This document shows, piece after piece, positions 9,901-17,860 of a DNA stretch of 51,047 nt. How positions within the stretch are numbered: the stretch's first letter is position 1; the number at the start of each line of letters is the position of its first letter. Position numbers and translations under genes: made by a program. A model generated the notes under the pieces. That model was given only the letters and a program-made list of their open reading frames with translations. It did not search any database and was not told the DNA's origin. This DNA is from a virus (lineage: Duplodnaviria > Heunggongvirae > Uroviricota > Caudoviricetes): positions 1-51,047 of IMG/VR virus record IMGVR_UViG_3300032516_002776; one strand, written 5' to 3'.

Positions 9901-10169
9901 GCACAAGCCGATACTTGGTATTTGAGCAAAATGTAGCGGCTACACGAAATAGCTTCTTGGGTATTGTTAATCCATATCTTGAAAGTGTACAGCAACGCAG
10001 TGGCCTGTATGCCTTCCAAGTTGTAATGGATGATACAAATAATACGCCGGACATAATTGATAGAAATATCCTGTATGGACAAATCTATCTACAACCAGCA
10101 AAGACTGCTGAATTTATTGTGTTGGACTTCAATGTAATGCCTACCGGCGCTACATTCGCCAATCTATAA
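6930..10169 (+). CDS. Contractile tail sheath protein (gp18-like)
   Basis: N-terminal 'SPGVFTRENDLS', C-terminal 'WFAPAGLNRG', 'VNPIAAFPGQGICAWGQKTLQ', 'RVNVRRLLI', 'LQPAKTAEFIVLDF'; SD AAGGA upstream. Confidence 0.97.
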   Translation: MPITEGGRFSPVDTIVSPGVFTRENDLSGLAQGVANIGGAVVAPFARGPAFTPTLVTDVNELESKFGLADGVYYGPYTAKQYLQEQGRVTVCRVGGLTGYYQKNPYMIYAYPGTWTRANWQLFIDTGSLSSYIESSVGNTDPFDVLTYTSASGITSSLAVAGTLFATFTSITASNLPAGSGSAYAGQTFDVGTFTITLSGSQFYLTSSIQGDGAQSQEQKLLQAIVESQTNMSFLSGSYTGKIPIVASSTFGGSDIYLVNPSFAVFRAAGGCGSVLYLVSGSVSGSFGDYTGTFAWSGGLNSDPCATPTDSGSVQILAVLANTQYVSQDSTDLSLAGFSGSTLTQVLAAGYTAADVVNGKKFNLLLKDGISNTTFGTYEFSLNRTDNEYITSVFGNDATAGNPALFVRGQKIEAAYLYSIFQDTIDKVVAEPWNWLIAGGVSIVPQSGSTTQARIGDLLNFTDANSLNISAGDSAFSITNAYTPWINSQGIANWAGSTGGTAKTRFPLFRVNTLGDGTVENKRVKIEISNVKLAGTVPGSEFGSFTLSVRDYNDTDKRPKTFEIFQNLNLDPNSANFIARRIGDRFNYITFAGKIIEFGTYANLSRYIRIEMTENVYPDTAVPYGFAAYATPIDSNYGKFIPKMLYSKASTYSSQPGKYPSGLVFGDPPVGADQVLLDLYPETTTGVGVDIDTKQYFNSLPAFGANISVGANVPFDLEDDLTEGGVTAGNSVPSIYDVANETTYVKMRKFVLGFQGGFDGQWPGIPINVGSDIIAGNTQGLDCTGITSAGSIAYKQCIAALGNSEEWDINLVVLPGIFSSLHIYVANQVVEMCEDRGDCFYIMDNVVFPASNQSTGMIDAAVAEAEKFDTSYAATYYPWVRILDVNTNKIVSVPPSVVMPGVYAANDRASAEWFAPAGLNRGGITQAIQVLDRTTHADRDVLYEGRVNPIAAFPGQGICAWGQKTLQVKASALDRVNVRRLLIALKKYIASTSRYLVFEQNVAATRNSFLGIVNPYLESVQQRSGLYAFQVVMDDTNNTPDIIDRNILYGQIYLQPAKTAEFIVLDFNVMPTGATFANL

Positions 10170-10188
10170 TCCGCTGTTATGATATAAG

Positions 10189-10219
10189 AAAGCCGTGGTT
10201 GAAAAATCACGGCTTTTTT
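10189..10219 (+). terminator. Intrinsic terminator after sheath gene (probably bidirectional)
   Basis: aaagccgtggtt-gaaa-aatcacggcttt hairpin followed by a T run. Confidence 0.85.
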
Positions 10220-10379
10220 ATTTAGTACTTAAGCAGTACTTGTACTATTTTTTATAATCTTAATTTAAACTATTAACCAACTAATGCCTATTGCTTATTG
10301 CTTAAGCGGAATAACATGAAGAATATGACTTTTAAACAGCAAGTCAACTTTTAATATTTTATTACTATATTTATACTAA

Positions 10380-10901
10380 ATGGCTAATACCGACAGAATA
10401 TTATATCTCGATATGGATGGCGTGATTTCAGACTTTAACAAGCAAGTGATTAAATACACTAAATTGTCACTGGGAGAGCCCTTGGACAGCGATTTATTAA
10501 CGCAAAAATACGGCCGGAAGGAGCTTTTAACGATAATGGACTCTGGAGGGGAGGAATTCTTTTCTGAGATGCCTATTATGAAGGATATGTATGAGTTAAA
10601 GTCCTTCATTTTTAACAATTTTATAAATATTAAGATACTCAGTTGTATCAAGGGAAATCCTCCTGCCACTGATAGAATAAATGGTAAACTTAAATGGTTA
10701 AAGACTTATAGTTTCAATTTACCAGATGCCAATATTATACTTATAGATAAGAGTGTAAATAAGCAAAAATATGCTAGACCAAATGACATTTTAATAGATG
10801 ATATGGAAATAAATATAAATCAATGGAATCAGCGCGGTGGGATTGGAATATTACATAAAAATTCCAAAGATACAATCAGGCAACTTAGCCAATATGTCTA
10901 A
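10380..10901 (+). CDS. HAD-family 5'(3')-deoxyribonucleotidase
   Basis: Motif I 'LYLDMDGVISDF', motif IV 'ILIDD', 'W..RGGIGILH'. Confidence 0.85.
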   Translation: MANTDRILYLDMDGVISDFNKQVIKYTKLSLGEPLDSDLLTQKYGRKELLTIMDSGGEEFFSEMPIMKDMYELKSFIFNNFINIKILSCIKGNPPATDRINGKLKWLKTYSFNLPDANIILIDKSVNKQKYARPNDILIDDMEININQWNQRGGIGILHKNSKDTIRQLSQYV

Positions 10902-12357
10902 TAATATAAAAGATAAATTTAAAATTTACAACAATACTCTAGATCCGTTACTCTGGGATTCGGCCGGAAATCTTAAACCAGATGTTGCGAAACAATTGCT
11001 GACAATTGCTAATGAATTTTATGAAAGCTTGGAAATCAAACCATTGCTACGCAATGTAATACTTCTTGGTTCTGCTGCATCATTCAACTATAGTGCAAAA
11101 AGTGATATAGATATTCACTTGGTAATAGATTTTAAAGAGTTGGACATGGAAAATGAGGATGCGCATAAATATGTTAATGCATTAAAATCGGTATGGAATG
11201 ACAAACATGATATTCATATAAAAGGAAAAAATGTTGAAGTTTACATTCAGGATGTAAAACATATTACTCATGCCAACGGCATTTATTCATTATTAAATTC
11301 GATTTGGCTGAAAAAACCTATAAAAGAAAATACTGGAATAGTTGATAAGGAGCTTATAAAACAAAAATATAACGATATGGTTTATAAGATAGTCAATTTG
11401 GAAAAATCCACAGGAGACAACAAAACAAAAATTGAAAAAATAAAACAAATTCTCACCGACATATATGTAATGCGGCAAGCAGGTTTGGATTCTGCGGGAG
11501 AATTGAGCACAGAGAATATAGTTTTTAAGTTACTAAGACATCGTAATTTTATCAAACGATTGAAAGATTTAAAAGATGTTTTGTATGATAAAGCTCTATC
11601 GTTGAATGAAGCAATAGAGGCAAACTTACAAGTTAAAAAAGATAAAATTAGTGACCGCTTGACCAGATTTTTTCTATGGAATGGGGGACAAAAAGTTGGG
11701 AAGTTAGCAGTCAATCGTGGATTATATGAAAATTATTATGTAATTTCATCGTTTATTGTTCACAACAAAGCAGATCGCGGCCGTGGTTATGGCTCAAAAT
11801 TAATAAAAGCTGTTTTGGCGGATAAAGATTATGCTGATAGACCGCTGATTGTTAAACCAGAACCATATTATGATGATGACACAACAGTTTCAGAATTAAT
11901 GGATATGTATAAAAAGTTTGGGTTTATACCGTGGAAAGAAGATTTAAATTATATGATTTATAATAGACCATTGAATGAAAACATAAAGATTGATAATATT
12001 AATGGTATCGGTGCTGTTCCGTGGAATCAAGAAGTGAACTATCGAGGCTTTAAGCGTTATATGACGCCGAATGAATTTTTGAAACTTGCGTTGCCTATTT
12101 ACGAAAAAGAATCTATAGATTTTTATATAAATTTAATCAAAAAAGATGGGATAGCATCGCCGTGGTTAGAAGTTGATTGGAATAAAAAATTAAAATGTTG
12201 GAGAACAGTTGGCCACGAAGGAAGGCATAGAATGGCCGCAGTGCAAAAAATTTCTCCAAATGAAAAAATAGAAATCCATGTGTTTCCCCGTGGTATGAGA
12301 GCAAAAGACTTGACAGATGATATGAAAAATGCCATAATATTAAAACAATTAAAATGA
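10894..12357 (+). CDS. Three-domain protein: Pol-beta-type nucleotidyltransferase + GNAT acetyltransferase + ParB/Srx-like domain, joined by LNE sites
   Basis: 'LLGSAASFNYSAKSDIDIH' (GS..DxD); 'RGRGYGSKLI...MYKKFGF' (GNAT motifs A/B); 'GHEGRHRMAA' (ParB-like). Start moved to ATG 10894, which overlaps the upstream stop. Confidence 0.75.
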   Translation: MSNNIKDKFKIYNNTLDPLLWDSAGNLKPDVAKQLLTIANEFYESLEIKPLLRNVILLGSAASFNYSAKSDIDIHLVIDFKELDMENEDAHKYVNALKSVWNDKHDIHIKGKNVEVYIQDVKHITHANGIYSLLNSIWLKKPIKENTGIVDKELIKQKYNDMVYKIVNLEKSTGDNKTKIEKIKQILTDIYVMRQAGLDSAGELSTENIVFKLLRHRNFIKRLKDLKDVLYDKALSLNEAIEANLQVKKDKISDRLTRFFLWNGGQKVGKLAVNRGLYENYYVISSFIVHNKADRGRGYGSKLIKAVLADKDYADRPLIVKPEPYYDDDTTVSELMDMYKKFGFIPWKEDLNYMIYNRPLNENIKIDNINGIGAVPWNQEVNYRGFKRYMTPNEFLKLALPIYEKESIDFYINLIKKDGIASPWLEVDWNKKLKCWRTVGHEGRHRMAAVQKISPNEKIEIHVFPRGMRAKDLTDDMKNAIILKQLK

Positions 12358-12854
12358 AAACAAAATTAAAACAATTAATACCAGAAATAAATAAAAGTCT
12401 AAAAAGATTTTATGTGGCATACAATGAATATTCAGAGGTGACACGGCCTAGGAGTCCTGACGATGAGTGGGATGCTGATGATATTCTTACCACTGTTGAA
12501 TTTGAAAATGCCTTTATTGCTATTGATGGAGACACCGCTGGCAAGCACACTGTAGATGTTACATCTTATGCGGCGAGCGATGGTACTAGCGACCACTATT
12601 TCAGAGAAATGGATATAGAATGGAATGAAAATTTTGATGATATATATCTTGTTTACGCAAGATATTCAGATGGAGATACCTTTCATAGAGAAGAGGGCAA
12701 GTGGGCAGTAATTGCAGCTTTTTCAGATATTCATAAAGCAAAAACTTGGATAAAGAGGAATGAAGAAATTGTTGGTAAGAATTTTAGCGGATATTTTGAG
12801 AGATATCATGGCTTACACATTGAAAAATTACCATTTAAAAACTATACGATATGA
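12354..12854 (+). CDS. Hypothetical protein with N-terminal KLKQLI motif
   Basis: Starts MKTKLKQLIPEINK; acidic body with no recognised family. Confidence 0.55.
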   Translation: MKTKLKQLIPEINKSLKRFYVAYNEYSEVTRPRSPDDEWDADDILTTVEFENAFIAIDGDTAGKHTVDVTSYAASDGTSDHYFREMDIEWNENFDDIYLVYARYSDGDTFHREEGKWAVIAAFSDIHKAKTWIKRNEEIVGKNFSGYFERYHGLHIEKLPFKNYTI

Positions 12855-12895
12855 CAATATTATAGATATTTATTGATATACAAGGAATAAACGAT

Positions 12896-13390
12896 ATGGC
12901 AAAAAAACAAGATGTACAAAAAAAGAAATCAAGAATTACTAAAAAAAGTGTAATTCTAGTAGTAGTTAGCGCTTTGATATTATTGAGCTGTCTATATGCG
13001 ACACAAATATTAAAATGTAAGCGTCCATGCAAACACCCGTCCGTTGTGACAAATATTACTACAATCGTAACTAATAATGTTACAACCATTGTAACAAATG
13101 TTGTAACTGAACCTACGCCAATGCCAAAATTTGAGGATATTACCGGCGTTGATATGACTCAAAACTTTGTGCAAAAAACGAATGTCGTGGCATCCTATAA
13201 AACTAGCTGGGACAATAAGCATTTATGTACCCCACTTACAACTGAAATCAAGAAAACAGAAATTAAGACCATACAAGTTTCACAATTGAATTTAGTTTGG
13301 TTGGGCAAAAAACACACTCTCACCGAAGAAAAGCTAGTAAATACCTCTTGTAAAGTGGTTGAAAAATGCGTTGACCGAATTCCGTGGTAA
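12896..13390 (+). CDS. Membrane-anchored protein with Thr-rich stalk
   Basis: Basic N-terminus, hydrophobic helix 'VILVVVSALILLSCLYA', repeated TNITTIV/TNNVTTIV/TNVVT; SD AAGGA. Confidence 0.55.
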   Translation: MAKKQDVQKKKSRITKKSVILVVVSALILLSCLYATQILKCKRPCKHPSVVTNITTIVTNNVTTIVTNVVTEPTPMPKFEDITGVDMTQNFVQKTNVVASYKTSWDNKHLCTPLTTEIKKTEIKTIQVSQLNLVWLGKKHTLTEEKLVNTSCKVVEKCVDRIPW

Positions 13391-13391
13391 A

Positions 13392-14903
13392 TTAAATTCT
13401 ATTAGTAAATATCCATTTGCTGTTGCCACAATCCCAAATTCTATCATAGCCATTTAATTTCATATTTTCCCATTCACTCAATTTTGGATCAAAGGTTTTT
13501 AGAATCTTTTTTAACTTATGCTTTTGAAAACTCATGCGATTTTTTAAATCCTTATAATTGTTGATTATATAACTATATCCAGGAGGTGTGTGGTCTACAA
13601 AATTAAACCCTAATTTTTTATATAAATTACCATGAAAATATCTCCTATCACAATATGAAACAATATTTTTTGGTGCATAATTTTGAATGAAATAAACAAA
13701 TAATTTACTGGCGCCTCCATTAACTATGGTGTTTGTTTTGTTACAAAACCTTGTTAATTCCCACTGAAAGCATTTTTCAAATCGAGAACCTTTTCTAAAT
13801 GTCATAATAGACACCAAATCGGTTTTGTGATATAACCCAATTTTTATTGTAGATTTATCCTCTCCTTGTAAATGATTGCGGTTTAAAAATTCATTCTTTT
13901 CTTTTTCAGTCACTTCTATAATGCTACACTCGCGCGCATTAATTTTATCTATAACAGAAACATTTAATAAATTTTTAATTATAGATTTTACAATTTCTTC
14001 CTTATATAACCATTCATTTTCAAATATGTGTATAAGATTAATTCCATGATAAGCGCAGGATTTGGTTTTATTTAAATGATAAAGCCTGTTTGTTTCTCCT
14101 GAATTTTCACTGTGCCAATATAAACCATTTATCTCAAAAGCATATTTTTTGTCGGGAATATAAAAATCTAATTCCTTTCCAACTAATATTGTTCTATCAT
14201 TCCGTTTTATAATTGTTTCTTTATCAACTATTTCTTGAAGAAATTTATAAAATTTATTTTCAACGGTGGTTATTTTCTCAGGCTCACAATAATCACAGAA
14301 TAAATTATTTAAATTATACACAGTAGTTTCTAAAATTTTATTACAATTTAAACATTTTAATTTGTATAAATTACTAAAATGGTATCCTTTATAATCAACT
14401 TTAGAACACAATAACTCAAGCTTCTTATCTTTGCAAAAATTTATCAAAAAATCATAGTGATTAGATTTTTTAGTCAATGTGGTTTGTTCAACAATAGTTT
14501 TAGATTTTTGAGGATTATCTACACCATACCGAGATAACATAGTAGATTTTATCTTTTTTATGTTGTTATAATTTTCGATACCATACCTGTCTTTTAATGT
14601 TGCTTTAACGTTAATAATAAAATTAGGCATTTTTGCTGGATGATCAACACCATATTTATTTAACATTGATCGCTTAAAGGTGTCTTGAACCTTTTTTGTT
14701 TGCATTGGATGTTCGACGCCATATTTTTTTAAATAAGTCTTTTTTTGACTTTCACGCATTTTGTTAAGAACCGAAGGCGCGTGCTGTGCACATGTTTTAC
14801 TACAATATACTTGATGTTTTTTTTCATATTTGATGTTAAAATCCTTGCCACAAGTTGGACAACGATTAATTACAGTCAGTGGATTCTTTTTTGGTCTAGC
14901 CAT
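13392..14903 (-). mobile_element. Putative homing-endonuclease-like gene (Hef-like: Zn finger, KYGV repeats, Vsr/PD-(D/E)xK nuclease, C-terminal GNAT-like domain)
   Basis: CPTC..YCSKTC zinc finger; repeated KYGVEHP/KYGVDHP/RYGIEN/RYGVDNP; 'ELDFYIPDKKYAFEINGLYWHS'; 'IVSYCDRRYFHGNLYKKLGF'; opposite strand, inserted just upstream of the tube gene. Confidence 0.7.
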
Positions 14904-14984
14904 ATAGTTTATACCTTTACGCTTTAATGTCGTAGTATAATTATATGAATTGATAACTTTTACACAATTTTTTATATTTTAAAA

Positions 14985-14996
14985 TATTTATAAATA
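14985..14996 (+). promoter_or_regulatory. Putative late-promoter motif TATTTATAAATA (tube)
   Basis: Palindromic overlap of TATTTATA and TATAAATA upstream of the tube gene. Confidence 0.55.
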
Positions 14997-15041
14997 TGAT
15001 AAGAAATCATTGTAATAACAATAAACAAAGGAATTCATAAT

Positions 15042-15533
15042 ATGGCAGACCTACTTACAAACTCAGAAATATTTTATACTAGTTTTGAGCCAAAGGTTCA
15101 AAACAGATTTATTATGTATATTGATGGAATTCCATCATTTATACTAAAGAAATGTGATAGACCAAAATTTAATGCAGATAGAAAACCAATTGACCACATC
15201 AATTTGCAGCGTTACTACCGTGGAAAACATATTTGGCAAGAAGTAGCAGCCGAATTGTATGACCCAATTGTTCCATCCGGCGCACAAACCGTAATGGAGT
15301 GGGTTCGATTGAGTCACGAATCTGTAACAGGCCGCGATGGTTATATGGATTTCTATAAGAAAGATATTGTTTTTGATGTCCTTGGACCTGTCGGTGATAA
15401 AGTTGAAGAATGGACATTGAAAGGCGCATTTGTAACCAATGGTGAATTTGGAAATATGGACTGGGCAAATCTTGGAGATTATTTGCCAATTACAATTACG
15501 ATTAGTTATGACTATGCCCTGCTCCAATTTTAG
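15042..15533 (+). CDS. Tail tube protein (gp19-like)
   Basis: 'FEPKVQNRFIMYIDGIP', 'ELYDPIVPSGAQTVMEW', 'VEEWTLKGAF', 'ITISYDYA'; SD AAGGA. Confidence 0.95.
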   Translation: MADLLTNSEIFYTSFEPKVQNRFIMYIDGIPSFILKKCDRPKFNADRKPIDHINLQRYYRGKHIWQEVAAELYDPIVPSGAQTVMEWVRLSHESVTGRDGYMDFYKKDIVFDVLGPVGDKVEEWTLKGAFVTNGEFGNMDWANLGDYLPITITISYDYALLQF

Positions 15534-15555
15534 TACATAAAAGCAAGCTATACAA

Positions 15556-15594
15556 AAAATCCCCACATTATAAAGTGTGGGGTTTTTGTTTTTT
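15556..15594 (+). terminator. Intrinsic terminator after tube gene
   Basis: ccccaca-ttataaag-tgtgggg hairpin followed by a T-rich run. Confidence 0.8.
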
Positions 15595-15606
15595 TTAATA
15601 GGACAT

Positions 15607-15641
15607 AAAAATCCCGACTGGAATAACCAGCCGGGATTTTT
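15607..15641 (-). terminator. Intrinsic terminator for the convergent minus-strand beta-barrel gene
   Basis: aaaaatcccg(a)ctgg-aataa-ccag(c)cgggattttt hairpin with A/T tails on both sides. Confidence 0.75.
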
Positions 15642-15653
15642 GAATTACTGCGA

Positions 15654-16442
15654 TTAACGACCAACAGGGAACGGAGTGGCTTCATTACCACTGACGTTAT
15701 CCAATGTTGAGTGAATGCCCTTACCACCAAAGCCATAAACGACTTGGAATACAGCAAGATAGTCGCCGTGACTATCACGCTCGGCTTTAACGGCCAAATC
15801 CCAATTTTTATCAATGGAATAGGCCAAGGCAGGACCAGCATAAACGCCCTTAACATCTCCGCCCTTATAGCCAACAGTGGTTTCTGTGGAGAATCTATCG
15901 TTCCACTTATGAACCCAGAAGCCTGCACCACTATCGGTGGCTTCATCGCCATTACTATTGGTGTTCAGATGGAGAACGCCCTTACCGCCGAATGAGTTTT
16001 TATCATTGATACTCAAGCCGGCAATTGGACGAAATGCCCATAGATCCGAACCGCGTGTATTGCGATCATAGGTAAACAAGGCAGCTACAGCAGCGGTCTG
16101 ATTATTTTTACAAGGAAGGCCACGTAAGAAAAGGCCTGCGTTTCCATTATAAACGCCTTTATTTGCGCCAGAATCGGTTTCGGACATGCCTGCGCTACCA
16201 CCGAGTTGTCCGCCCAAAATAGCGTTATTATCGAACTTGTAGACAGCGAAGCCATCTTGGATTCCAACCGAAGCATTTAATGCCTCATTTTTATCATCGG
16301 CCTTTGTGATGCCACTAGAAGCGTTAATGTAAAGATTGGATGAAATGACTGCGGGAACATCTTCTACTCCACCCGCTCTAACAGCCATTGTACCAACCAA
16401 GGCAATAACAGCAATTGCAATTAATACTTTTACTTTATTCAT
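15654..16442 (-). CDS. Secreted outer-membrane beta-barrel-like protein
   Basis: Signal peptide MNKVKVLIAIAVIALVGTMAVRA; many amphipathic beta-strands with terminal 'AVFQVVYGF'; start moved to ATG 16442 (GGAG upstream). Confidence 0.6.
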   Translation of the reverse strand: MNKVKVLIAIAVIALVGTMAVRAGGVEDVPAVISSNLYINASSGITKADDKNEALNASVGIQDGFAVYKFDNNAILGGQLGGSAGMSETDSGANKGVYNGNAGLFLRGLPCKNNQTAAVAALFTYDRNTRGSDLWAFRPIAGLSINDKNSFGGKGVLHLNTNSNGDEATDSGAGFWVHKWNDRFSTETTVGYKGGDVKGVYAGPALAYSIDKNWDLAVKAERDSHGDYLAVFQVVYGFGGKGIHSTLDNVSGNEATPFPVGR

Positions 16443-16637
16443 ACTTTCTACTTTCTCCTGTTTTGTTTGTTTCAAATATAACCTATGTTATTTGTTTTAA
16501 TACATATAGAAAAACCAACCAAAAACGCAATATAAAAACAGAAAATTTAACCATTTTTAAACTTGAATTCTCTCAACTAATAATATGGAGTTTTTTGTGT
16601 TAAACTCTTTTATTTATATATTTATTGGTATATTATT

Positions 16638-16955
16638 ATGAAAAAATCACAACTAAAGCAATTAATCAAGGAAGTCATTAACCAAAGTCTTAATGAAGAT
16701 AAATTTTTTATTATCAATTATGAAAAACCAAAAGGCGGTTATTACGAAACATTTTATATAAATGCAGAAGACTCTGACGATGCTTTGAATAAAGTTGCCG
16801 CTAAATTAGGTCATGTTAATTTCTATATTAAACAGGCCAGATTAAATGATGTAGAGATGGAGGGTTTAAGAGATACAATAAAAGAACTCATTGATAAAAT
16901 GTCTGATGAAAATTTGCGTGGGTTGTTGAAACACATCAAATCAAATAAACTATGA
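16638..16955 (+). CDS. Hypothetical protein with KxxLKQLIxE...LNE motif
   Basis: MKKSQLKQLIKEVINQSLNE; TATTTATA at 16611-16618. Confidence 0.6.
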   Translation: MKKSQLKQLIKEVINQSLNEDKFFIINYEKPKGGYYETFYINAEDSDDALNKVAAKLGHVNFYIKQARLNDVEMEGLRDTIKELIDKMSDENLRGLLKHIKSNKL

Positions 16956-17206
16956 AAAAATCACAACTAAAACAGCTTATACACGAAGTAATACAGGAAT
17001 CCAAAGATGAATGGCGCTGGGTTGGTTCAGGCTTTAAACCGAGTGGAAATGTGTATCTATATAAAGGAAATAGATCCATTCTTAGTTGTCAAGATGGCGT
17101 TGATCCAAAAGATGCAGAATTTATACTCAAGGCTCTTAATAATTTTAATGCTAGCAACAATAATTCGTCTCAAGAACGAGCCGACCATTACAAAGGAAAA
17201 CTTTAA
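16952..17206 (+). CDS. Hypothetical protein with KxxLKQLIxEVIQE motif
   Basis: MKKSQLKQLIHEVIQE; first 20 nt identical to the preceding gene. Confidence 0.6.
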   Translation: MKKSQLKQLIHEVIQESKDEWRWVGSGFKPSGNVYLYKGNRSILSCQDGVDPKDAEFILKALNNFNASNNNSSQERADHYKGKL

Positions 17207-17457
17207 TGAATCGAGAAGCAAAATGGGTAATCATCAGAGTCGTCCTATATTTTGGGATAAGCTTTATTCCGGATATTTTAAATGTTATGGGAGAGTCGGC
17301 TAAGTATGAATATTGGCCATCAGGAGTTAGAATTACCGCAGCGGCTTTGAGCGGAACATTGGCGGGACTAATTTCAATAAAAGCATATTTAGACGGAACA
17401 TTTCAAACTTGGAATGAAGATAGAAAAAAACAAATAGAGGCAGATAAAACTATATGA
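17206..17457 (+). CDS. Small two-transmembrane protein (holin-like)
   Basis: 83 aa, two hydrophobic helices, charged C-terminus EDRKKQIEADK. Confidence 0.45.
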   Translation: MNREAKWVIIRVVLYFGISFIPDILNVMGESAKYEYWPSGVRITAAALSGTLAGLISIKAYLDGTFQTWNEDRKKQIEADKTI

Positions 17458-17852
17458 AGCGCATTGAACTTAAACGATTAATAAAAGAAGTAATACAGGA
17501 AGTATCTGCTACGGCTGAAGAAAATGTTGCAAATAGTGTTATTAGTAATTGGAAAGAAACACTGGGAACAACTAAAGTGTATAACATTGAAATTTCTTCC
17601 GACTCACGCACGCTAACGATTAAATTAATTGATGGTGGCACGGCACAAATAAGCTCACAGACACCTCTGATATTAAAACCATTTAATCATGTAAATGAAA
17701 GCAGAAAAAAAGAATTTAACAGAAAATGGGTTAAGCCTGGCTGTAAGTATTGTGAGGAGCATAAATTTGACAGAGATATGCCAGCTCATGAACCAAGTTC
17801 AGCTTGTGAATCAGGAAAGAAACCGCATTGCACATGTGATGCTTGCTATTGA
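17454..17852 (+). CDS. Hypothetical protein with KxxLKRLIxEVIQE motif and C-terminal Cys/His cluster
   Basis: MKRIELKRLIKEVIQE; after 'VNE' comes CKYC...H...C...HCTCDAC. Confidence 0.6.
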   Translation: MKRIELKRLIKEVIQEVSATAEENVANSVISNWKETLGTTKVYNIEISSDSRTLTIKLIDGGTAQISSQTPLILKPFNHVNESRKKEFNRKWVKPGCKYCEEHKFDRDMPAHEPSSACESGKKPHCTCDACY

Positions 17853-17860
17853 GGAATAAT

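Noticed and set aside
10837-10893. Longer upstream starts in the ORF track (10837, 6470, 17843, 30609, 38948, 41962, 16475)
   Set aside because: They overlap neighbouring genes or promoters; the downstream ATGs have SD sequences or stop-start coupling.
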